Part shown: in pieces, positions 52,179 to 64,000 of the stretch
Position numbering within the stretch: position 1 is the first letter of the stretch
Layout of the letters: each line of letters starts with the position of its first letter
Assembly: GCF_000006765.1 (NCBI RefSeq)
Contig: NC_002516.2
Origin: Pseudomonas aeruginosa PAO1
GTDB lineage: Bacteria; Pseudomonadota; Gammaproteobacteria; Pseudomonadales; Pseudomonadaceae
Reading direction: 5' to 3' (one strand)
Length of the DNA stretch: 64,000 nt
The notes under the pieces: model-generated
The model's database searches: none
The model's input: only the letters and a program-made list of their open reading frames with translations
Told to the model about the DNA's origin: nothing
Translations under genes and position numbers: made by a program

Positions 52179-53444
52179 ATGAGCGAAAGCGTCATCACCC
52201 AATGTCCCCATTGCAGCACCAGTTTCCGCGTCAACGACGCGCAACTGGGCGCCGCCAATGGCGCGGTCCGCTGCGGCACCTGCCTGAAAGTCTTCAACGC
52301 CCTGCAACACCAGGTCGGTGGCGCGCCGCGCGCGAACGCTCCTTCGGCAGCCGAAGCGAAGCCGGTCGCCGCTCCGCCACCCGCGCCCAGCGTCGCGGCC
52401 GCGCCCCCGGCAGCGCGCCCGCGCGACGAAACCCTGTGGATCCATGACGACCTCGACCTGGACAGCCTCAACCTCGACGAGGAACTGGCCAAGCTCGACG
52501 AATTCGAGCTGAACCAGGAGTTCTCCAGCATCGAGAAGGCCCCGCGACCGGCGGAGAGCCTGCTGGCGCGCCGCGACGACGAACGCGATCCACACGACGA
52601 ACGCTGGGCCGAGGCGCTGATCGCCGATGCCGAACCGGCCCAGCCGGCGCGCGGCAACCCGCGCCAGGAACCGAGCCTCGGCGAACCGCTGGCGGAAGAG
52701 CGGGTATCCTTCGTGCCGCTGCGCCGCGCCGAGGATCCGCCGGAACTTCGCCTCAGCCTCGATGACGACGATGACGACGAGCCCAGCCTCGGCAAGCGCC
52801 GCCACGGCCTGAGCGCCCTGGATGAAGACGACGAGGAAAGCGCCGAGGAACAGTCCGTCGCGCCCCTGGGCAGCGCCCGCAAACCGGACGAGGCGCCGGT
52901 CGAGAGTCTCGACCAGTTGCGCGACGAGCCGCTGCAACTGGCCTGGGAGAAGCCCCGGCGCCAATGGCCGCGGCGTCTCGGCTGGCTGCTGCTGATCCTG
53001 CTGGCGCTGGGCGGTCTCGCCGCTCAGTACATCGCCTACCATTTCGACGAACTGGCGCGCCAGGACGCCTATCGCCCCTGGTTCGCCCAGCTCTGCCCGG
53101 AAATCGGCTGCACCCTTCCCTCCAAGGTCGACGTGGAGCAGATCAGGAGCAGCAACCTGGTGGTCCGCAGCCATCCCGAATTCAGCGGCGCGCTGGTGGT
53201 CGACGCGATCATCTACAATCGCGCCAGCTTCTCGCAGCCGTTCCCGCTGCTGGAACTGCGCTTCGCCGACCTCAACGGCCACCTCATCGCCAATCGCCGC
53301 TTCAAGCCCGGCGAGTACCTCGGCGGCGAGCTGGCCGGACGAACGGAAATGCCACCGCAGGTACCGATCCACGTGTCGCTGGACATCCTCGACCCGGGTC
53401 CGAAGGCGGTGAACTACAGCCTGAGCTTCCATTCCCCGGAGTGA
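52179..53444 (+). CDS. Zinc-ribbon (MJ0042-type) / acidic linker / TM / DUF3426-like protein
   Basis: 421 aa; CPHC..CGTC N-terminus, D/E-rich linker, single TM, periplasmic domain. Confidence 0.82.
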   Translation: MSESVITQCPHCSTSFRVNDAQLGAANGAVRCGTCLKVFNALQHQVGGAPRANAPSAAEAKPVAAPPPAPSVAAAPPAARPRDETLWIHDDLDLDSLNLDEELAKLDEFELNQEFSSIEKAPRPAESLLARRDDERDPHDERWAEALIADAEPAQPARGNPRQEPSLGEPLAEERVSFVPLRRAEDPPELRLSLDDDDDDEPSLGKRRHGLSALDEDDEESAEEQSVAPLGSARKPDEAPVESLDQLRDEPLQLAWEKPRRQWPRRLGWLLLILLALGGLAAQYIAYHFDELARQDAYRPWFAQLCPEIGCTLPSKVDVEQIRSSNLVVRSHPEFSGALVVDAIIYNRASFSQPFPLLELRFADLNGHLIANRRFKPGEYLGGELAGRTEMPPQVPIHVSLDILDPGPKAVNYSLSFHSPE

Positions 53445-53647
53445 CCGGAAAGACCTCGCCGGTCGCCGCCGGGCCGCTACGCCCACCCGCTCGCGCGGAG
53501 CGCCAGGCGCAAGTGCCGCTCGTCTTCCAACTGTAAGAACTAAGGAATCGGCTGTTCAGAATTTATCCAAAACAGCCTTTATCCGGTCATCCAGAGCGGG
53601 TATCATGCCCTCCCTTTTTTCGCAGCACCGCAAGACAGGGAAGCCCC

Positions 53648-54646
53648 ATGTCGGTGGTACGCATCGGCCCATATACACTGCCCAACAGACTGATCCTCGC
53701 GCCGATGGCCGGGGTGACCGATCGTCCGTTCCGTCAGCTTTGCCGTCGCCTTGGCGCCGGGATGGTGGTATCGGAGATGGTGACCAGCGACGTCCGCCTG
53801 TGGAACAGCCGCAAGTCGCGCCTGCGCCTGATCCACGATGGCGAGGACGAGCCGCGCTCGGTGCAGATCGCCGGCGGCGATCCGGCCATGCTGGCCGAGG
53901 CCGCGCAGCGCAATGTGGAACTCGGTGCGCAGATCATCGACATCAACATGGGCTGCCCGGCGAAGAAGGTATGCAACAAGGCAGCGGGGTCCGCCCTGCT
54001 GCGGGACGAGGCGCTGGTCGCCGAGATCCTCGATGCCGTGGTCAGGGCGGTCGACGTACCGGTCACCCTGAAGATCCGGACCGGCTGGGACCGGGACAAC
54101 CGTAACGGCGTCACCGTCGCGAAGCTCGCCGAACAGGCGGGGATCCAGGCTCTTGCGGTGCATGGCCGGACCCGCGCCGACCTGTACACCGGGGAGGCGG
54201 AGTACGAGACCATCGCGGCGATCAAGCAGGCCGTGTCGATACCGGTGTTCGCCAATGGCGACATCGATTCGCCGGAAAAGGCCAGGAAAGTCATCGAGCA
54301 GACCGGGGTGGATGCCCTGCTGATCGGTCGGGCCGCCCAGGGAAGACCGTGGATTTTCCGCGAGATCGACCATTACCTGCGGACCGGCGAGCACCTGCCG
54401 GCGGCGCCGCTTCCCGAAGTGCAGAGCATCCTGCTCGAACACCTCGCGGAGCTGCACCTTTTTTATGGGGAAGAAATGGGTGTGCGGATCGCCCGCAAGC
54501 ATGTGGGGTGGTATCTCGCGACTCTGCCGGGCGCAAGGGAATTCCGCGCCCAGTTCAATCGTTTGCAGGACACGGATGCGCAGTGCGCCAGCGTCAGGCA
54601 GTTCTTCGCCGAGCGCCAGAACAACGGAACAGGGGTGGCCGCATGA
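53648..54646 (+). CDS. dusB: tRNA-dihydrouridine synthase B
   Basis: 332 aa; [25 protein letters not shown] and NGDI motifs. Confidence 0.97.
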   Translation: MSVVRIGPYTLPNRLILAPMAGVTDRPFRQLCRRLGAGMVVSEMVTSDVRLWNSRKSRLRLIHDGEDEPRSVQIAGGDPAMLAEAAQRNVELGAQIIDINMGCPAKKVCNKAAGSALLRDEALVAEILDAVVRAVDVPVTLKIRTGWDRDNRNGVTVAKLAEQAGIQALAVHGRTRADLYTGEAEYETIAAIKQAVSIPVFANGDIDSPEKARKVIEQTGVDALLIGRAAQGRPWIFREIDHYLRTGEHLPAAPLPEVQSILLEHLAELHLFYGEEMGVRIARKHVGWYLATLPGAREFRAQFNRLQDTDAQCASVRQFFAERQNNGTGVAA

Positions 54647-54966
54647 CAACGATGACGACCGAGACTTTAGTGAGTGGAACAACGCCCGTGAGCGACAACG
54701 CCAACCTGAAACAGCACCTCACCACGCCGACGCAAGAAGGGCAGACCCTGCGCGACAGCGTGGAGAAGGCATTGCACAACTACTTCGCCCACCTCGAAGG
54801 GCAGCCGGTCACGGACGTTTACAACATGGTGCTCTGCGAAGTCGAAGCGCCGCTGCTGGAAACCGTCATGAACCACGTCAAGGGGAACCAGACCAAGGCC
54901 TCCGAGCTACTCGGCCTGAACCGCGGGACCCTGCGCAAGAAACTCAAGCAATACGATCTTCTTTAA
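54643..54966 (+). CDS. fis: Nucleoid-associated protein Fis
   Basis: ATGA overlap with dusB (alternative ATG at 54652); [27 protein letters not shown]. Confidence 0.97.
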   Translation: MTTMTTETLVSGTTPVSDNANLKQHLTTPTQEGQTLRDSVEKALHNYFAHLEGQPVTDVYNMVLCEVEAPLLETVMNHVKGNQTKASELLGLNRGTLRKKLKQYDLL

Positions 54967-55045
54967 GAGCGGCGGCGGGCTCCGGCCAAGGGCGCGCGTC
55001 CCGGCCGGCACCCGCGGCCGGAAGCCAGCCCTCAGGACCCTTGCA

Positions 55046-56653
55046 ATGACCGACCAAACCACCCGCCTGCCCATCCGCCGCGCGCTGATCAGCGTTTCCG
55101 ACAAGACCGGCGTCGTCGACTTCGCCCGTGAGCTGGTCGCCCTCGGCGTGGAAATCCTTTCCACCGGCGGCACCTACAAGCTGCTCCGGGACAACGGCAT
55201 CTCTGCCGTGGAAGTGGCCGACTACACCGGCTTCCCGGAAATGATGGACGGTCGGGTGAAGACCCTGCACCCGAAGGTGCATGGCGGTATCCTCGGTCGC
55301 CGCGACCTGGACGGCGCGGTCATGGAGCAGCACGGCATCAAGCCGATCGACCTGGTGGCGGTCAACCTGTATCCCTTCGAGGCCACGGTGGCCAGGCCCG
55401 ACTGCGACCTGCCTACCGCCATCGAGAACATCGATATCGGCGGGCCGACCATGGTCCGTTCGGCGGCGAAGAACCACAAGGATGTCGCCATCGTGGTCAA
55501 TGCCGGCGACTACGCCGCCGTGATCGAATCCCTCAAGGCCGGCGGCCTGACCTACGCCCAGCGTTTCGACCTGGCCCTCAAGGCGTTCGAGCACACCTCC
55601 GCCTACGACGGCATGATCGCCAACTACCTGGGTACCATCGACCAGACCCGCGATACCCTAGGCACCGCCGACCGCGGCGCCTTCCCGCGCACCTTCAACA
55701 GTCAGTTCGTCAAGGCCCAGGAAATGCGCTACGGCGAGAACCCGCACCAGAGCGCGGCGTTCTACGTCGAGGCGAAGAAGGGCGAGGCCAGCGTCTCCAC
55801 CGCCATCCAGTTGCAGGGCAAGGAACTGTCGTTCAACAACGTCGCCGACACCGACGCCGCCCTGGAATGCGTGAAGAGCTTCCTCAAGCCGGCCTGCGTG
55901 ATCGTCAAGCATGCCAACCCCTGCGGCGTCGCCGTGGTGCCGGAAGACGAAGGCGGCATCCGCAAGGCCTACGACCTGGCCTACGCCACCGATAGCGAAT
56001 CGGCGTTCGGCGGCATCATCGCCTTCAACCGCGAGCTGGACGGCGAAACCGCCAAGGCCATCGTCGAGCGCCAGTTCGTCGAGGTGATCATCGCGCCGAA
56101 GATTTCCGCCGCCGCCCGCGAGGTGGTCGCCGCCAAGGCCAACGTACGCCTGCTCGAATGCGGCGAATGGCCAGCCGAGCGCGCCCCGGGCTGGGACTTC
56201 AAGCGGGTCAACGGCGGCCTGCTGGTACAGAGCCGCGACATCGGCATGATCAAGGCCGAGGACCTGAAGATCGTCACTCGCCGCGCGCCCACCGAGCAGG
56301 AGATCCACGACCTGATCTTCGCCTGGAAGGTGGCCAAGTTCGTCAAGTCCAACGCCATCGTCTACGCCAGGAACCGCCAGACCGTCGGCGTCGGCGCCGG
56401 CCAGATGAGCCGGGTCAACTCCGCACGGATCGCCGCGATCAAGGCCGAGCACGCCGGCCTGGAAGTGAAAGGCGCGGTGATGGCTTCCGACGCCTTCTTC
56501 CCGTTCCGCGACGGCATCGACAACGCGGCCAAGGCCGGCATCACCGCGGTGATCCAGCCGGGCGGCTCGATGCGCGACAACGAAGTGATCGCGGCGGCCG
56601 ACGAGGCGGATATCGCGATGGTGTTCACTGGCATGCGCCATTTCCGCCATTGA
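55046..56653 (+). CDS. purH: Bifunctional AICAR transformylase / IMP cyclohydrolase
   Basis: 535 aa; [24 protein letters not shown] and SDAFFPF motifs. Confidence 0.98.
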   Translation: MTDQTTRLPIRRALISVSDKTGVVDFARELVALGVEILSTGGTYKLLRDNGISAVEVADYTGFPEMMDGRVKTLHPKVHGGILGRRDLDGAVMEQHGIKPIDLVAVNLYPFEATVARPDCDLPTAIENIDIGGPTMVRSAAKNHKDVAIVVNAGDYAAVIESLKAGGLTYAQRFDLALKAFEHTSAYDGMIANYLGTIDQTRDTLGTADRGAFPRTFNSQFVKAQEMRYGENPHQSAAFYVEAKKGEASVSTAIQLQGKELSFNNVADTDAALECVKSFLKPACVIVKHANPCGVAVVPEDEGGIRKAYDLAYATDSESAFGGIIAFNRELDGETAKAIVERQFVEVIIAPKISAAAREVVAAKANVRLLECGEWPAERAPGWDFKRVNGGLLVQSRDIGMIKAEDLKIVTRRAPTEQEIHDLIFAWKVAKFVKSNAIVYARNRQTVGVGAGQMSRVNSARIAAIKAEHAGLEVKGAVMASDAFFPFRDGIDNAAKAGITAVIQPGGSMRDNEVIAAADEADIAMVFTGMRHFRH

Positions 56654-56660
56654 GTATCAC

Positions 56661-56737
56661 GGCGGCTGAGCGCGATGCGGTCAGCCGCCCTACCCACGAA
56701 TTTCACGCAGGGCGGATAACGCGGCGCGTTACCCGCC
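56661..56737. repeat. Divergent REP pair (single BIME-like unit) between purH and purD
   Basis: GGCGGCTGA..TCAGCCGCC-CTAC, then GCAG-GGCGGATAAC..GTTACCCGCC. Confidence 0.7.
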
Positions 56738-56756
56738 GTTGCGCCAGGAGAACCCC

Positions 56757-58046
56757 ATGAACGTACTCATCATCGGCAGCGGCGGTCGTGAACATGCCCT
56801 GGCCTGGAAAGTCGCCCAGGACCCGCGCGTGGCGAAGGTCTTCGTCGCCCCGGGCAACGCCGGCACCGCCACCGAAGCCAAGTGCGAGAACGTCGCCATC
56901 GACGTGCTGGCCCTGGAGCAACTGGCCGACTTCGCCGCGAAGAACGTCCAGTTGACCATCGTCGGTCCCGAGGCGCCGCTGGTGGCAGGCGTGGTCGACC
57001 TGTTCCGCGAGCGCGGCCTGGATATCTTCGGCCCGACCGCCGGCGCCGCCCAGCTGGAAGGCTCGAAGGCCTTCACCAAGGACTTCCTCGCCCGCCACCG
57101 GATCCCCACCGCCGCCTATCGCAACTTCACCGAGGTCGAGCCGGCCCTGGCCTACCTGCACGAGCAGGGCGCGCCCATCGTCATCAAGGCCGATGGCCTG
57201 GCCGCGGGCAAGGGCGTGATCGTCGCCATGAACCTGGACGAAGCCGAAGCCGCCGTGCGCGACATGCTCGCCGGCAATGCCTTCGGCGACGCCGGCTCGC
57301 GCGTGGTGATCGAGGAGTTCCTCGATGGCGAGGAGGCCAGCTTCATCGTCATGGTCGACGGCCAGAACGTGCTGCCGATGGCCACCAGCCAGGACCACAA
57401 GCGCGTCGGCGATGGCGACAGCGGGCCGAACACCGGCGGCATGGGCGCCTACTCGCCGGCCCCGGTGGTCACCGCCGAGGTCCACCAGCGGGTGCTGGAC
57501 GAAGTGATCTACCCGACCGTGCGCGGCATGGCCGAGGAAGGCAACGTCTATACCGGCTTCCTCTATGCCGGCCTGATGATCGACAAGAGCGGCGCGCCCA
57601 AGGTCATCGAATTCAACTGCCGCTTCGGCGATCCGGAAACCCAGCCGATCATGGTCCGCCTGGAGTCCTCCCTGGTCCTGCTGGTCGAGGCCGCCCTGGC
57701 CAAGGCGCTGGACAAGGTCGAGGCGACCTGGGACCCGCGTCCGACCGTGGGCGTGGTACTGGCCGCCGGCGGCTATCCGGGCGACTACGCCAAGGGCGAG
57801 GTCATCGAAGGCCTGGCCGAGGCCGCCGCGCTGGACGGCAAGGTGTTCCACGCCGGCACCGCGCTGAAGGATGGCCAGGTGGTCACCTCCGGCGGCCGCG
57901 TGCTCTGTGCCACCGCCATCGGCGAGAGCGTGTCCGCCGCCCAGCAACAGGCCTATCGCCTGGCCGAGAAGATCCGCTGGAACGGCTGCTTCTACCGCAA
58001 GGACATCGGCTACCGTGCCATCGCCCGCGAGCGCGGCGAGTCCTGA
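56757..58046 (+). CDS. purD: Phosphoribosylamine-glycine ligase
   Basis: ATG at 56757, 429 aa; [23 protein letters not shown] and NTGGMGAY motifs. Confidence 0.98.
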   Translation: MNVLIIGSGGREHALAWKVAQDPRVAKVFVAPGNAGTATEAKCENVAIDVLALEQLADFAAKNVQLTIVGPEAPLVAGVVDLFRERGLDIFGPTAGAAQLEGSKAFTKDFLARHRIPTAAYRNFTEVEPALAYLHEQGAPIVIKADGLAAGKGVIVAMNLDEAEAAVRDMLAGNAFGDAGSRVVIEEFLDGEEASFIVMVDGQNVLPMATSQDHKRVGDGDSGPNTGGMGAYSPAPVVTAEVHQRVLDEVIYPTVRGMAEEGNVYTGFLYAGLMIDKSGAPKVIEFNCRFGDPETQPIMVRLESSLVLLVEAALAKALDKVEATWDPRPTVGVVLAAGGYPGDYAKGEVIEGLAEAAALDGKVFHAGTALKDGQVVTSGGRVLCATAIGESVSAAQQQAYRLAEKIRWNGCFYRKDIGYRAIARERGES

Positions 58047-58149
58047 CCGGGCCCGAAGCCGCGGGCGCCGCACGGCGCTTCCGCGGCCTATGCCGTTGCC
58101 ACGGCCACTTGGCTATAATCCGGCCATTCACCTTCGAAGGGACTTCGCC

Positions 58150-60978
<2,829 letters not shown>

Positions 60979-61011
60979 GGGCAGCGACGTGCTCCGGCGC
61001 TGCACCCGGCC

Positions 61012-61319
61012 TCCGCCACGGCGGATAACCGCACGCGGCTATTCGCCCTACGCCCCGGTGGTCCCGGCTCCCGTAGGGCGCATGACGCCAACGGCGTTAT
61101 CCGCCGATACCGCCACTTCCGCCACGGCGGATAACCGCACGCGGTTATTCGCCCTACGCCCCGGTGGTCCCGCCTCCCGTAGGGCGCATAACGCCAACGG
61201 CGTTATCCGCCGATACCGCCACTTCCGCCACGGCGGATAACCGCACGCGGTTATTCGCCCTACGCCCCGGTGGTCCCGGCTCCCGTAGGGCGCATGACGC
61301 CAACGGCGTTATCCGCCGA
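61012..61319. repeat. 106-bp tandem array (~2.9 units) of paired GTAG REPs (BIME / VNTR)
   Basis: Units start at 61012, 61118 and 61224. Each has an inverted REP ending CTAC, a 21-nt spacer, a GTAG REP and a linker; units differ by a few substitutions. Confidence 0.93.
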
Positions 61320-61433
61320 CATCCGGCCTCGTTGTCACATGCCACGCGAACCGGCATATTGCCAACCCGCCGGACATCGCGCCGGCCCGTCGCACGCTAT
61401 GCTCATGCCCACACCCGGACCGGAAGCGCCTCC

Positions 61434-62027
61434 ATGCATTTGCTGTTCAGCGTCTACCTGAAGATGCTGGTGCTCTATAGCCCCTTCTTCGTGCTGTCCT
61501 GCTTCATCAGCCTCAGCCGCGGCTTCGGCCCGCGCGACCGCAAGCGCATGGCCTGGCGGGTGGCCCTGGCGGCGCTGATCGCCAGCGTCGCGCTGTACCT
61601 GTTCGGCCGCTACATCTTCATCCTCTTCGGTATCACCGCCGACGCCTTCCGCATCGGCGCCGGCAGCGTGCTGTTCATCTCCGCGCTGGGCATGGCCCAG
61701 GGTCGCGCGGCGGTGCAGAGCGACAACGTGCAGCAGGACGTGACCATCGTCCCGCTGACCATTCCTCTCACCGTCGGCCCCGGCACCATCGGCGCGCTGC
61801 TGGTGATGGGCGTCGGCCAGGGCTGGGAGGCCAAGCTGATCTCCCTGGTGGCGATCTTCCTCGCCTGCCTGACCCTCGGCACCACGCTCTATCTTTCCGA
61901 CCGCATCGAACGCCTGCTTGGCGACCAGGGACTACAGATCGTCAGTCGCCTGATGGGCCTGTTCGTCTGCGCACTGGCGGCGCAGATCATCGTCACCGGC
62001 CTGAAGGGTTCGCTGTTCCCAGGCTGA
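61434..62027 (+). CDS. tspR: MarC-family membrane protein
   Basis: ATG at 61434, 197 aa; FRIGAGSVLF, VPLTIPLTVGPGTI and SRLMGL motifs. Symbol assigned from recalled position after retS. Confidence 0.85.
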   Translation: MHLLFSVYLKMLVLYSPFFVLSCFISLSRGFGPRDRKRMAWRVALAALIASVALYLFGRYIFILFGITADAFRIGAGSVLFISALGMAQGRAAVQSDNVQQDVTIVPLTIPLTVGPGTIGALLVMGVGQGWEAKLISLVAIFLACLTLGTTLYLSDRIERLLGDQGLQIVSRLMGLFVCALAAQIIVTGLKGSLFPG

Positions 62028-62070
62028 GCGCACCAGCCTGAGGCGGACGCCCTGGATGCCGCGCCCTGAC

Positions 62071-62085
62071 GCACCGCGGTGGTGC
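62071..62085. promoter_or_regulatory. Candidate NtrC enhancer site
   Basis: GCACCGCGGTGGTGC = GCAC-N7-GTGC, about 220 bp upstream of a sigma54 site. Confidence 0.6.
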
Positions 62086-62306
62086 CAGGACGGAGCGACG
62101 GCGTTCCCATGGACGCGCCGCCGGCTGCAAGGAGGGAGGTCAGCGCGACGCCTCCCCTTCCGGAGCCCACGGCGCCTTCTCCGTCGATATCCGGCGAAAA
62201 CCCGTTGAAAACGCAGCCTTCCCCGGCATAGCCAGACCTGCTCGGCATGCTTCCCCGGCGACTCGCGGCGCCTTTTCGCCGACCGATACCGGCCAGCGCC
62301 AAGAAG

Positions 62307-62322
62307 AGGCACAGCCTTTGCT
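62307..62322 (+). promoter_or_regulatory. sigma54 (-24/-12) promoter of the urea transporter operon
   Basis: AGGCAC-AGCCT-TTGCT matches TGGCAC-N5-TTGCW. Confidence 0.75.
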
Positions 62323-62451
62323 CTGGAGCCTCGACGAAGAGATCCAGGCCGCAGTGCGCACCCCGCCGTCCACCGGACGGATGCCCGACGACAAGCACGA
62401 CGCCTCCTGAAAACTGCCGCCCCGACCGCTGGTGAATGGAGAACAACACCA

Positions 62452-63717
62452 ATGAAACGTCGCAGTCTGCTCAAGGCCTTCACGCTGTCCGCGTTCATCG
62501 CTTCCATGGGCCTGTCCTGGTCCATCCAGGCCGCCGAAACCATCAAGGTCGGCATCCTCCACTCGCTGTCCGGGACCATGGCGATCTCCGAGACCTCGCT
62601 GAAGGACATGGCCCTGATGACCATCGACGAGATCAACGCCAAGGGCGGGGTCAACGGCAGGAAGCTGGAGGCGGTGGTGGTCGATCCCGCGTCGAACTGG
62701 CCGCTGTTCGCGGAAAAGGCCCGCCAGTTGCTGACCCAGGACAAGGTCGCGGTGGTCTTCGGTTGCTGGACCTCGGTGTCGCGCAAATCGGTGTTGCCGG
62801 TGTTCGAGGAACTCAACGGATTGCTGTTCTACCCGGTCCAGTACGAGGGCGAGGAACTCTCGCCGAACGTCTTCTATACCGGCGCGGCGCCGAACCAGCA
62901 GGCGATCCCGGCGGTGGAGTACCTGATGAGCGAGGACGGCGGCGGCGCCAGGCGCTTCTTCCTGCTCGGCACCGACTATGTCTACCCGCGCACCACCAAC
63001 AAGATCCTGCGCGCCTTCCTGCACAGCAAGGGCGTGGACGACAAGGACATCCAGGAGGTCTACACGCCGTTCGGCCACAGCGACTACCAGACCATCGTCG
63101 CCGACATCAAGAAGTTCGCCGCAGGCGGCAAGACCGCGGTGGTCTCCACCGTCAATGGCGACTCCAACGTGCCCTTCTACAAGGAACTGGCCAACCAGGG
63201 CCTGGAAGCCACCGAGGTACCGGTGGTGGCCTTCTCCGTAGGCGAGGAAGAACTGCGCGGCATCGACACCAAGCCGCTGGTCGGCAACCTCGCGGCATGG
63301 AACTACTTCGAGTCGGTGAGCAATCCGGTCAACGAGAAGTTCGTCGCCGACTGGAAAGCCTACGCCAAGGCGAAGAACCTGCCGAACTACGGCACCGCGG
63401 TGACCAACGACCCCATGGAAGCCACCTACGTCGGCATCCACATGTGGGCGCAGGCCGTGGAAAAGGCCGGCAGCACCGAGGTCGACAAGGTTCGCGAGGC
63501 GATGGCCGGGCAAAGCTTCAAGGCGCCATCCGGCTACACGCTGGTCATGGACAAGAGCAACCACCACCTGCACAAGCCGGTGATGATCGGCGAGATCCAG
63601 GACGACGGCCAGTTCGAAGTGGTCTGGAAGACCCCCGAGCCGCTTCGCGCGCAACCCTGGAGCCCGTTCATCCCGGGCAACGAGAAGAAGCCGGAGCATG
63701 CGCTGAAGAGCAACTGA
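62452..63717 (+). CDS. urtA: Urea ABC transporter substrate-binding protein
   Basis: 421 aa; IKVGILHSLSGTMAISE, FGCWTSVSRK and FYPVQYEG motifs. Confidence 0.93.
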   Translation: MKRRSLLKAFTLSAFIASMGLSWSIQAAETIKVGILHSLSGTMAISETSLKDMALMTIDEINAKGGVNGRKLEAVVVDPASNWPLFAEKARQLLTQDKVAVVFGCWTSVSRKSVLPVFEELNGLLFYPVQYEGEELSPNVFYTGAAPNQQAIPAVEYLMSEDGGGARRFFLLGTDYVYPRTTNKILRAFLHSKGVDDKDIQEVYTPFGHSDYQTIVADIKKFAAGGKTAVVSTVNGDSNVPFYKELANQGLEATEVPVVAFSVGEEELRGIDTKPLVGNLAAWNYFESVSNPVNEKFVADWKAYAKAKNLPNYGTAVTNDPMEATYVGIHMWAQAVEKAGSTEVDKVREAMAGQSFKAPSGYTLVMDKSNHHLHKPVMIGEIQDDGQFEVVWKTPEPLRAQPWSPFIPGNEKKPEHALKSN

Positions 63718-63863
63718 GTTCTGCCGTGAAGAACCCTGCCCCCCTGACCAGGCGTTCCCCTGAACGGAACGGGAACGCCCCGGTCGCGCGCCTAACGGCC
63801 CCCTCGTCCTTCAGGGAGAGGGCGGGGGACCGGCCATACCGCACGTCGCCCAGGAACCCCAGC

Positions 63864-64000
63864 ATGCCCCTTGCCCTCCTCACCCGCCCGCTCCATGCCT
63901 GTGTCCTGGTCCTGGCCGCCCTTCTCGCGGTGACGGCCTACGCCGGACCGGCGCAGGACTTCGCCGCTGCCGACAACGGCGGTCGCGCCCACCTGCTCGA
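63864..64000 (+). CDS. urtB: Urea ABC transporter permease, 5' end (runs off window end)
   Basis: MPLALLTRPLHACVLVLAALLAVTAYA|GPAQDF signal-like start directly after urtA; assigned from context only. Confidence 0.6.
   Translation, partial: MPLALLTRPLHACVLVLAALLAVTAYAGPAQDFAAADNGGRAHLL

Noticed and set aside
61012-61319. CRISPR array
   Set aside because: The 'spacers' are near-identical between units, the repeats are GTAG REP palindromes, and no cas genes are present.
61164-61433. N-terminal extension of the MarC protein and small ORFs in the repeat (60989-61461)
   Set aside because: These are open frames created by the GC-rich REP array; the MarC domain starts at ATG 61434.

Overview
GC-rich Pseudomonas aeruginosa core-chromosome segment. 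From recalled gene order and protein sequences (not a database search) it is syntenic with PAO1 PA4807-PA4859. Contents in order: selB (partial), selA, fdhE, fdnGHI (fdnG has an in-frame Sec UGA plus SECIS), lipC, fadH2, a gtrA/gtrB/ArnT-like glycosylation trio, dinF, an extended mgtA operon, nat, lpd3 with a small TetR cluster, the Zur-controlled pseudopaline operon cntOLMI, speA, gcbA, ctpL, dipZ, aroQ-accBC, prmA, dusB-fis-purHD, retS, a 106-bp REP/BIME tandem array, tspR and the start of the urea ABC transporter. I found no integrase, transposase, prophage, tRNA, rRNA or CRISPR. The best candidate for an under-described system is the minus-strand mgtA unit (about 18.2-24.8 kb). It has a near-consensus sigma70 promoter with an inverted repeat inside it, and a ~650-nt leader holding three short ORFs. 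One of these is an MgtL-like Pro-containing peptide (MDEPPSRP...) with a strong SD, too short for the ORF track, followed by mutually exclusive hairpins over the mgtA ribosome-binding site. Downstream lie the Mg2+ ATPase, an outer-membrane beta-barrel, a 69-aa protein, a YjbB-like Na+/Pi transporter and a small SLOG (DUF2493-like) protein. Second candidate: the GtrA-GtrB-GT83 operon, whose acceptor is unknown. All functional models are inference.
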